Origin: Mycobacterium tuberculosis H37Rv
Lineage (GTDB): Bacteria > Actinomycetota > Actinomycetes > Mycobacteriales > Mycobacteriaceae
Assembly: GCF_000195955.2 (NCBI RefSeq)
Contig: NC_000962.3
Coordinates: forward strand, 3,810,001 to 3,842,000
Direction: 5' to 3'
DNA length: 32,000 bases
Within the stretch, counting starts at the first letter, position 1, and the number at the start of each line of letters is the position of its first letter. The translations under genes and the position numbers were made by a program. Below, in pieces: positions 10,403-18,782 of the stretch. The notes under the pieces are model-generated. The model was not told where the DNA came from and made no database searches. It saw only the letters and a program-made list of their open reading frames with translations.

Positions 10403-10590
10403 CGATACGGGCCGCGTAGCGGCCCGAGGAGGAGCCGGGCAATCGGCTTAGCCCGGTGACGATGCGGGCCGCGTAGCGGCCCGAGGAGGAGCCGGGCAAT
10501 CCAGCCTGAGCCCGGTGACGATGCGGGCCGCGTAGCGGCCCGAGAAGGAGCCGGGCAATCGGCTTAGCCCGGTGACGATGCGGGCCGCGC
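10385..10590. repeat. MIRU-type tandem repeat array (57-bp unit): three full units (57, 59, 57 bp) plus a 24-bp partial unit
   Basis: Units start at 10394, 10451, 10510 and 10567 (GCCCGGTGACGATGCGGGCCGCGTAGCGGCCCGAGGAGGAGCCGGGCAATCGGCTTA). Each carries the hairpin CGGGCCGC-gta-GCGGCCCG and a GAGGAGGA stretch. Variants are A at 10407, an inserted/changed CCAGCCTGA end in unit 2, and GAGAAGGAG in unit 3. Confidence 0.9.
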
Positions 10591-10652
10591 TGGGGGCACC
10601 ATCCGCTTGCGGGGACGCGTCTGCGTCTACCTGGGCGGCACCGGTGAACGTC

Positions 10653-11891
10653 TCATTCACCGCGCACCTCCGCTTCCTGCACGGCGGCGACGACCCGGGC
10701 AACGTCATCCGGGGCCATGTGGTCGTGGACTGGCAGCGACACGATTCGCGAGCAAATGTCCGCCGTGACGGCTAGATCGGTCGACTCGACTAACTCGGCA
10801 TTCGTCACAAAGTACGGATGTCGGTGCTGCGGTGGGTTGTAGTAGTCGCGCGCCTCGATCGCGTGCCTACGCAGGCTACCCAGAACCGCGGCCTTGTGGT
10901 CGGCGGACGTGCAGCAAGCGCTCGCGAAACAGAGCGACGCAACATTGGCGTTGTCCTGGAAACGCACACCCGCGTCGGCCATACCGGTGCGATAGCACTC
11001 GAGGACCTTGCGGCGACTTGCCAGGCGGCGATCAAGCCCGACTAGTTGGCGTAGGCCAATAGCGGCGCTGATCTCCGACAGCTTGCCGTTCATTCCGAGC
11101 TGGATGGACTCGCGTGTTTGCACCAAGCCGAAGTTCTGGAACTTGTATGCGTGCTCGACGAGCCGTGGATCGCGAGAAACCAGAGCGCCGCCCTCACCAA
11201 CCGCGAACGGCTTGGTCGCATGGAAGGAGAAGATCTCGCATGCACCGCGTCCACCGAGGCGCTCGCCGTCGGCGTACGTGGAGCCGAAGCCGGCCGCCGA
11301 GTCGAGCACAATCGGTAGCTCCCATTCGGCGGCGAGCTCCTCCCAGACGCTGATCTGGGGATTGCCGACGCCGAACACATTGGCCAGCAGGATGCCGGCG
11401 ATCCGGTCGCGGAAGCGTTCGATGACGGCGCGGGCGGAGTGGACGCATGGCTGCCATGTGTTGGCGTCGATGTCGATGAACCAGGGACGGTACCCAGTCC
11501 ATAGCGCAGCCTGAGCCACGCCGACGAACGTGAACGACGGCATCAGCAGGTAGCGGTCCCGCGTACCGGCGCCGAAACTGACGTGGAGCGCCGCGAGGAG
11601 TGCCAGGGTGCCGTTGGCGAGGGTAGCAACGTGCAGATGAGGTCCCAGATAGTCGCGCAGGGCGCGGGCAAACCGCCGCTCGTTCGGACCGAAGTTCGTG
11701 TACCAGTTAGCCTGGGCGATCTGTACGAAGTCCTCGGCGAGCTCGGCTGGCCCGGGAAAGCTCGGGCGGATGAAGGGGATCTTGGGGATCGTCGAGCCAC
11801 CCGGCTCGAGTTTTAACATGGACGTGCCTGGGGTCGCGCGTACTGCGGACGGCGGCTCCAGCACCGAGCCGGATAACGTTCGGATCTTCAT
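10653..11891 (-). CDS. DegT/DnrJ/EryC1/StrS-family PLP-dependent (sugar) aminotransferase, 412 aa
   Basis: PLP-lysine context CEIFSFHATKPFAVGEGGALVS and family-typical length. Start taken as ATG 11891..11889 (MKIRTLSG...). The tracked start at 11906 is a TTG. Confidence 0.9.
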   Translation of the reverse strand: MKIRTLSGSVLEPPSAVRATPGTSMLKLEPGGSTIPKIPFIRPSFPGPAELAEDFVQIAQANWYTNFGPNERRFARALRDYLGPHLHVATLANGTLALLAALHVSFGAGTRDRYLLMPSFTFVGVAQAALWTGYRPWFIDIDANTWQPCVHSARAVIERFRDRIAGILLANVFGVGNPQISVWEELAAEWELPIVLDSAAGFGSTYADGERLGGRGACEIFSFHATKPFAVGEGGALVSRDPRLVEHAYKFQNFGLVQTRESIQLGMNGKLSEISAAIGLRQLVGLDRRLASRRKVLECYRTGMADAGVRFQDNANVASLCFASACCTSADHKAAVLGSLRRHAIEARDYYNPPQHRHPYFVTNAELVESTDLAVTADICSRIVSLPVHDHMAPDDVARVVAAVQEAEVRGE

Positions 11892-12012
11892 ATATGCAGA
11901 GCTCAAGGTCCGTTTGCAGCGCGTCGGGACAGTTTCCGCAGCGCACTTCGTCGCACCATCGTTGGCATCGGCGCCTGAAGCAGTTACCGCGAGAACCGCA
12001 TCATGTCGAACT

Positions 12013-12031
12013 TGAGGTTAGCCTTACCTCT
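12013..12031. promoter_or_regulatory. IdeR-like iron box TGAGGTTAGCCTTACCTCT, overlapping a putative promoter
   Basis: 14 of 19 positions match the consensus TTAGGTTAGGCTAACCTAA. On the minus strand, GTGACA (12043..12038), a 17-nt spacer and TAACCT (12020..15) form a -35/-10 pair covered by the box. This sits about 120 nt upstream of the aminotransferase ATG. Confidence 0.55.
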
Positions 12032-12261
12032 TAAGAATGTCACCCCCGGGGAGTGACCCCGGCTGTCCACGCGTGGGCGACCCGGCACGCACGGTGCACG
12101 TTCCCTGGTGTCTCACCCGCCTCATTCGTCCCGGCGCCACAGGGCTAGCGATATGGCCGCCTCGCGTAGTCGGTCCGGGTCGGTACGCGTGGGGCAGATG
12201 AGGAAGGTGCGGCGCATTGAAGCAGCCTGTCAAGCCCGGCTCGGTGACCGGCACGGCGCGT

Positions 12262-13863
12262 TCAGCATGGGGCCAGTGCGACGGGCTGGAGCGAAGCAAG
12301 CAGGCTGGCCGCCAGCGATTTCGCCAGCGACCGGACGCGCGGTGCGCTCTCGACGTGCCAAAAACGGATCTTGGGAGTGAAATTGCCGCCGACTAGGGGC
12401 CCGATGACGCAAAAACCTGGGCTGGCCTCGAAGTCGTCGTTAACCAGAAGGCCACGGTTGGTGCGGTTCGGGCGGCACAGCCCGTTCTGCATCGCGCTGA
12501 CCAGGAACGGCGAGGAACACGTGTCCAGCTCCTCGAAACCGCCACAATTCACCACCGCAGCGAAGGGGACGGGGTGGGTATGCTCGGCTCCCGCGGCTCG
12601 GTAGGTCATGGTGGCGAACGGCTGGCCGGACGCGCAGGCATCCACGCGCAGTACTTCGCCGGCGAGCAGGCTCAGCGTGCCGTCCGCGGCTAGCTCCTCG
12701 GATGCCTGGCGGCAATCGCGTCCCGCACGCCGCACCAACTTGGTGAAGTTCATGCCGTGCACGCAGAAGAACTCTTCCTGCTGCACGAGATCCATCTTGT
12801 GCAGCGCCTGCCCAAACAGGGCGGCAACGGCGTCGTACAAATCGGCCAGGTTCAACGAGCGTTCTTCGGCCGTCGCGAGATCGTCGCGGATCGCGGACAT
12901 GAGATCCGCCGCGGCGATCGCTTCCGTACAGAGCAGCGTGCGCAGCCGCGGGAAGTCAAACTCCGGCGGCTGATTGCAGATCATGTAGGGCAGCACGCCG
13001 GAGCGCGAGATGACGGTGATGGACCGGACGCGTGCGCGGATGCGCGCGTCGTGACGCATTAGGTAGAGCGCTTCCAGCGAGGTGGCGTTGGAACCCACGA
13101 CCAGTACGTTGCGCTTCTCCCACGACTCGACGCGGTCGAGCGAATCGCGCAGTCGCGCAACGTTGCTCTCCCCGCCGGGGGAGTAGAAATCGTTGATATA
13201 GGTGAATGCGGGTTCGGAATCGCTCGCAAGGATGGCTTTGGTCGGGGGGCTGCCAATGGCCACAACCACTTTGCCTGCAGCAATTGCCGTTGGACCGTTT
13301 CCAGACGGGCGGAGGCCGATTCGGTAGTGGCCGTCTGCGGAGTGGGCGCTCATGGCCTCAGCGCGGATGGTGACGATTTCGGCCAGGTCACGCTCGCCGA
13401 GCGCGGCGATGGCGGCAATCATCTGCTCCGACAGAAATACACCGAAGAGAAACCGCGGCAGGTAGAGCTCCCCCCACTGGTTGCCGTCCAATGCGTCGCG
13501 GTTGTCGCAGATCCAGCGGGCCGCGGCCGCACCGCCCTCTGCCTGGAAGAACGCCAGCCAGCGCTGCTTGTTCTGCTCCAGCCAGATCCGGTAGGCGGCC
13601 TTTTCCGGCTCGTCGGCGAAATCGTCGAGCTTCTGAATGGCCAGCGATCCGATGCTGGAGCGTTGGCCATAGGGGATTCCGCACCAGAACTGCTCGTCTC
13701 GCTCCACCACCGCGATGCGCAACTTGGGCGATGCCGAGGGGCTGCTCAGCAGGGCATCGGCCATTTCCAGCAGAGTCATAGAGCACGCGGCCCCGCTGCC
13801 GATGAACGCAACGTCGAAGGTAGGTGGAGTGATCATAGTCATCAAATAAGGGAAGGCTAACAT
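12262..13863 (-). CDS. FAD/NAD(P)-binding protein of unknown function, 533 aa
   Basis: N-terminal dinucleotide-binding fingerprint TFDVAFIGSGAACSMTLLE. Start chosen at ATG 13863 (MLAFPYLMTMITPP...), 16 nt after the upstream formyltransferase stop. The tracked ORF (to 13974) would overlap that gene. Confidence 0.75.
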   Translation of the reverse strand: MLAFPYLMTMITPPTFDVAFIGSGAACSMTLLEMADALLSSPSASPKLRIAVVERDEQFWCGIPYGQRSSIGSLAIQKLDDFADEPEKAAYRIWLEQNKQRWLAFFQAEGGAAAARWICDNRDALDGNQWGELYLPRFLFGVFLSEQMIAAIAALGERDLAEIVTIRAEAMSAHSADGHYRIGLRPSGNGPTAIAAGKVVVAIGSPPTKAILASDSEPAFTYINDFYSPGGESNVARLRDSLDRVESWEKRNVLVVGSNATSLEALYLMRHDARIRARVRSITVISRSGVLPYMICNQPPEFDFPRLRTLLCTEAIAAADLMSAIRDDLATAEERSLNLADLYDAVAALFGQALHKMDLVQQEEFFCVHGMNFTKLVRRAGRDCRQASEELAADGTLSLLAGEVLRVDACASGQPFATMTYRAAGAEHTHPVPFAAVVNCGGFEELDTCSSPFLVSAMQNGLCRPNRTNRGLLVNDDFEASPGFCVIGPLVGGNFTPKIRFWHVESAPRVRSLAKSLAASLLASLQPVALAPC

Positions 13864-13879
13864 AACCTCGAGGCGGTGG

Positions 13880-14584
13880 TTAGGCTTCCGCGGGCTTCTC
13901 CGGTTCGAGCACGACGCGGACAAACACCTTGCGGCCTGACGCATCGACGAACCAAGCGTTGCGGAAATCATCATGGGTCAACGCGCGCAGGCGATTCAGG
14001 AAATGCCCAAACGTTCCGCGCTCGTTCAGGTCTAGCCGCCGGAGTTGTTCGAAATCCTTTTTCAGGTTGAGGTTGCCCTCGGTGGCCGGCGATTTAGCCG
14101 TGTAGCTGCCGTCCCGGATGGCGTCGAAATGTTCCAGCACCAACTCACGCTCGATGTCCATCAGCCGGGCGTAGACACTTCCCGAGGAATCCCACGACTC
14201 GATCGCGCATTCCCGCTGGGCGATGATCGGACCATGGTCCAACTGATCGTCGATCTCGTGGATCGTCACGCCGACTTTTTGCCCGTCGATGATCGAGAAG
14301 ACCTGGGGAAACCAGCCGCGGTTGTAGGGGTTGAAACCCGGATGAACATTCACACACCTGACCCCATCGATCAAAGCGGCGGGAAACCTCTGTTTACAGT
14401 GGAAGGAAAGGACGAGGTCATACCGCTCCACGATTTCCGCGACGCGCTCTGCGACATCACATCGCGGGACACCCGGCAGCTGGCCGATGGGGGACTGATA
14501 GACGTCCATATCGCCATGCCTGGCCTGCAGATCGACCGCCAGAGCATGGGCGTGGACGTTGTCGGTCAGGATCAATATCGTCAC
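13880..14584 (-). CDS. N-formyltransferase (Fmt N-terminal-domain fold; sugar N-formyltransferase type), 234 aa
   Basis: Formyl-transfer core VNVHPGFNPYNRGWFP (compare the HxSLLPxxRG motif of formyltransferases) and IHEIDDQLDHGPII (catalytic Asp region). GTG start at 14584. Confidence 0.88.
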   Translation of the reverse strand: MTILILTDNVHAHALAVDLQARHGDMDVYQSPIGQLPGVPRCDVAERVAEIVERYDLVLSFHCKQRFPAALIDGVRCVNVHPGFNPYNRGWFPQVFSIIDGQKVGVTIHEIDDQLDHGPIIAQRECAIESWDSSGSVYARLMDIERELVLEHFDAIRDGSYTAKSPATEGNLNLKKDFEQLRRLDLNERGTFGHFLNRLRALTHDDFRNAWFVDASGRKVFVRVVLEPEKPAEA

Positions 14585-14701
14585 GACTCGCCCCCGCCAG
14601 CCTGCCCAGCGCCCATCAGCGGAGCCCCCAACACCAGCTCACCCTACTTCAGGGCCGACGCATACCGGACGGCCACGCTGGGGCCAGCGCAGGGACATCA
14701 G

Positions 14702-15268
14702 TCAGTGCGGTTCCAGGATCCGGGCTACCGCATCGTTCACGGACAGCCGTAGTTCGTCACCGGTCAGCTCGTCGATACCCGTCGCCGAGCGCAGCATGGG
14801 CGCAAAGAGCCGCCAACCGAATTGCAGCGCAAGGGCGTGCGCGACCGCCAGCCGCGCGCCCAAGTCGCTGTCGTAGCGAGGCCGTACCGCGTCGAGCAGC
14901 TCCGCAACATTGGGAAATCGCTGTTGCAGCTGGCCCACGGGATATCCGTCCAGCAGTGCCCGGGCTAAGACCCGCCCATGTCGGTCGAGAGCCCGTTCGA
15001 TGATGTCAGCGGGCGCCTCGGAGTGCAACAGTCTGGTCAGCTTCGTGCCCAGGTGATCGAGCACGGCCCCAACCAGTTGGTCCTTGGTGCCGAAGTGACG
15101 AAACACCAGCCCGTGGTTGACCTTGGATCGAGCGGCGATGTCGCGAATCGACGTCGCGGCTGGCCCACGCTCGGCGAACAGGTCGGTGGCGGCCTGCAGG
15201 ATTGCGGCCGCTACCTCTTCCCGCCCAGTGGGCATCTTGCGGCGGTCGGTTGCCGGACGCGTAGTCAT
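14702..15268 (-). CDS. TetR-family transcriptional regulator, 188 aa
   Basis: N-terminal helix-turn-helix motif TSIRDIAARSKVNHGLVFRHFGTKDQLV. Divergent from the dioxygenase gene. A -10-like TACTGT (15280..15275, minus strand) lies 6 nt before the ATG, suggesting a leaderless mRNA. Confidence 0.9.
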   Translation of the reverse strand: MTTRPATDRRKMPTGREEVAAAILQAATDLFAERGPAATSIRDIAARSKVNHGLVFRHFGTKDQLVGAVLDHLGTKLTRLLHSEAPADIIERALDRHGRVLARALLDGYPVGQLQQRFPNVAELLDAVRPRYDSDLGARLAVAHALALQFGWRLFAPMLRSATGIDELTGDELRLSVNDAVARILEPH

Positions 15269-15286
15269 CCGGCTACAGTAACCGAT

Positions 15287-16217
<931 letters not shown>

Positions 16218-16243
16218 TCAACCAGTAAGCGCAACGCAATTAT

Positions 16244-16262
16244 GTAGCACCATGCGTGCTAC
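16244..16262. promoter_or_regulatory. Inverted repeat GTAGCAC-catgc-GTGCTAC spanning the vapB47 start codon
   Basis: Perfect 7-bp arms. The antitoxin ATG (16252..16254) sits in the spacer. This could be an autoregulatory operator or a translation-initiation hairpin. Confidence 0.4.
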
Positions 16263-16551
16263 CGTTGGGCTTGTGGAGGCAATCGGAATCCGAGAACTAA
16301 GACAGCACGCATCGCGATACCTCGCCCGGGTTGAAGCCGGCGAGGAACTTGGCGTCACCAACAAAGGAAGACTTGTGGCCCGACTCATCCCGGTGCAGGC
16401 CGCGGAGCGTTCTCGCGAAGCCCTGATTGAATCAGGTGTCCTGATTCCGGCTCGTCGTCCACAAAACCTTCTCGACGTCACCGCCGAACCGGCGCGCGGC
16501 CGCAAGCGCACCCTGTCCGATGTTCTCAACGAAATGCGCGACGAGCAGTGA
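16252..16551 (+). CDS. vapB47: Type II antitoxin, Phd/YefM-like, 99 aa
   Basis: N-terminus [36 protein letters not shown] is typical of Phd/YefM antitoxins. There is a 4-nt overlap with the downstream PIN gene. Confidence 0.9.
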
Positions 16552-16958
16552 TCTATATGGACACCTCGGCCCTGACTAAGCTGCTCATCTCCGAGCCCGA
16601 GACGACCGAACTGCGGACATGGCTGACCGCGCAAAGCGGCCAGGGCGAGGACGCGGCGACAAGCACCCTTGGCCGGGTCGAGTCGATGAGAGTCGTTGCC
16701 CGATACGGACAACCAGGCCAAACTGAGCGTGCGCGTTACCTACTCGACGGGCTCGACATCCTCCCGCTCACCGAACCGGTGATCGGTCTAGCTGAAACGA
16801 TCGGACCGGCCACCCTACGTTCTCTCGACGCGATTCACCTCGCGGCCGCAGCCCAGATCAAGCGGGAACTGACAGCCTTCGTCACCTACGACCACCGATT
16901 GTTGAGCGGATGCCGTGAGGTCGGCTTCGTCACCGCCTCACCCGGCGCAGTCCGGTGA
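16548..16958 (+). CDS. vapC47: PIN-domain ribonuclease toxin, 136 aa
   Basis: The first acidic PIN residue is in [10 protein letters not shown], and a later Asp is in [13 protein letters not shown] start at 16548 overlaps the antitoxin stop; an alternative ATG lies at 16557. Confidence 0.9.
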
Positions 16959-16990
16959 CCATATCCAACGACCGCACGCTTCCTGATGCC

Positions 16991-18727
16991 TCAGCCCGCG
17001 TTGCTGACCGGATCGATCGGCAACCACCGCAGCGCGCCCGGGGCGTCGGCAGGCACCACCGGGTGCGCCGGTTGGATCGGCGCCAGCCGACGATAGGGCT
17101 CACCCTGCGGTGGCCGCCGGTCGGTTTCGCCCTTGTTCGGCCACAGCGAGGCGGCCCGCTCGGCTTGAGCGGCGATGGACAGCGACGGGTTGACACCCAG
17201 GTTCGCCGAGATCGCCGCACCGTCAACCACGTACAGCGTCGGATAGCCATAGACCCGGTGATAGGGGTCGATGACGCCGTGCTCGGGGTCGTCGCCGATC
17301 ACCGCGCCGCCGAGAAAGTGCGCGGTGAGCGGGATGTTGAACAGCTCACCCCAGGTGCCGCCGGCCACGCCGTCGATTTTGGCGGCGATGCGACGGGTGA
17401 CCTGGTTGCCGATCGGGATCCATGTAGGGTTCGGCTCGCCGTGTCCCTGCTTGCTCGAGTACCAGCGGATACCCAGCTTCCCGCGCTTGGTGAACGTGGT
17501 GATCGAGTTGTCCAGGTGCTGCATGACCAGCGCGATCACGGTGCGCTCGCTCCATTGCCGGGGATTGAGCATCCGGATGGTGCCGCGCGGATCCTGACTG
17601 GCGGTCTGCAGCAACTGCCTCCAGCGCGGCACATCGGTGCCCTGCGGACCGGAGCCGTCGGTCATCAAGGTCTGCAGCAGCCCCATCGCGTTGGAGCCTT
17701 TGCCGTAGCGCACGGGTTCGATGTGGGTGTCGGCCGTCGGGTGAATCGACGACGTGATCGCCACGCCGTGGGTCAGGTCCAGGTCCGGATTGACCTTCAA
17801 GGTGGCGGCCCCGACGATCGATTCTGAGTTGGTGCGGGTAAGGACACCCAATCGCTTCGAGAGACCAGGGAGCCGACCCCTATCCCGCATCTTGAACAGC
17901 AGATGCTGGGTCCCCCAGGTGCCCGCGGCCAGCACCAGCTGCGTTGCGGTGAAGGTGCGCCGATCCCGGCGCAGCCAACTGCCGGTTCGCACTGTGCGGA
18001 CCTCCCACAACCCGTCGGACCGCCGCTCAAACCCCTTCACCGTGGTCATCGGAATCACTTGCGCGCCAGCTGATTCCGCGAGGCCAAGGTAGTTTTTCAC
18101 CAGGGTGTTCTTGGCACCGTGGCGACAGCCCGTCATACAGCAGCCGCATTCCAGGCAGCCGGTGCGCGCCGGCCCGGCACCGCCGAAGTAGGGATCGGGC
18201 ACGGTCTTGCCGGGCGTCTTGGTGCCGTCGGGGCCGAAGAACACTCCAACCGGGGTCGGCACCCAGGTGTCGCCAAACCCCATCTCGTCGGCGACCTCCT
18301 TGACGATGCGGTCGGCGTCGGTGAAGGTCGGGTTTTGCACCACCCCGAGCATCCGCTGCGCCTGCTGGTAGTGCGGCATCAGCTCGCCACGCCAGTCGGT
18401 GATGTGTGACCACTGCTGGTCGGCGAAGAACGGCTCCGGCGGCACGTACAACGTGTTGGCGTAGTTGAGGGAGCCCCCGCCCACCCCGGCGCCGGCCAGG
18501 ATCATCACGTTGCGCAGCGGGTGGATACGTTGAATGCCATAGCAGCCCAACCTCGGCGCCCAGAGAAACTTGCGCAGGTCCCACGACGTCTTGGCGAACT
18601 CCTCGTCGGAGAACCGGCGGCCGGCCTCCAGCACGCCGACCCGGTAGCCCTTTTCCGTCAGCCGCAGCGCGGTGACGCTGCCCCCGAAACCCGATCCAAT
18701 AATCAGGACGTCGTAATCCGGCTTCAT
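16991..18727 (-). CDS. choD: GMC-family FAD oxidoreductase (cholesterol oxidase-like), 578 aa
   Basis: N-terminal FAD fingerprint YDVLIIGSGFGGSVTALRLTEKG and C-terminal GMC region YVVDGAAISANLGVNPSLSIAAQAERA. Confidence 0.9.
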   Translation of the reverse strand: MKPDYDVLIIGSGFGGSVTALRLTEKGYRVGVLEAGRRFSDEEFAKTSWDLRKFLWAPRLGCYGIQRIHPLRNVMILAGAGVGGGSLNYANTLYVPPEPFFADQQWSHITDWRGELMPHYQQAQRMLGVVQNPTFTDADRIVKEVADEMGFGDTWVPTPVGVFFGPDGTKTPGKTVPDPYFGGAGPARTGCLECGCCMTGCRHGAKNTLVKNYLGLAESAGAQVIPMTTVKGFERRSDGLWEVRTVRTGSWLRRDRRTFTATQLVLAAGTWGTQHLLFKMRDRGRLPGLSKRLGVLTRTNSESIVGAATLKVNPDLDLTHGVAITSSIHPTADTHIEPVRYGKGSNAMGLLQTLMTDGSGPQGTDVPRWRQLLQTASQDPRGTIRMLNPRQWSERTVIALVMQHLDNSITTFTKRGKLGIRWYSSKQGHGEPNPTWIPIGNQVTRRIAAKIDGVAGGTWGELFNIPLTAHFLGGAVIGDDPEHGVIDPYHRVYGYPTLYVVDGAAISANLGVNPSLSIAAQAERAASLWPNKGETDRRPPQGEPYRRLAPIQPAHPVVPADAPGALRWLPIDPVSNAG

Positions 18728-18782
18728 CGCTGCAGTATGACCCCCTTTACATCGGGCCAGTTAATCAGTCTCTCAGGTGGCG

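Noticed and set aside
10227-10708. Minus-strand ORFs 10227..10499 and 10448..10708 with the repeated peptide YAARIVTGL; also considered whether the repeats could be a CRISPR array
   Set aside because: The ORFs are produced by reading through the MIRU tandem repeat. The units are contiguous with no unique spacers and no cas genes, so this is a minisatellite and not a CRISPR array.
12044-12261. Small ORFs 12024..12299 (-) and 12108..12380 (+) and short palindromes (GTCACCCCCGGGGAGTGAC at 12039, CCACGCGTGG at 12067) in the long gap upstream of the aminotransferase
   Set aside because: The ORF products are Arg/Ser/Gly-rich and overlap the end of the neighbouring gene. The palindromes are short GC-rich runs expected by chance. 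I could assign no function, so the gap remains unexplained.
14585-14701. Searched for a second IdeR-like box or other operator upstream of the formyltransferase gene
   Set aside because: I could see no TTAGG/CCTAA-type dyad or any notable repeat in these 117 nt, so iron regulation of the two upstream cassette genes cannot be inferred from the sequence.
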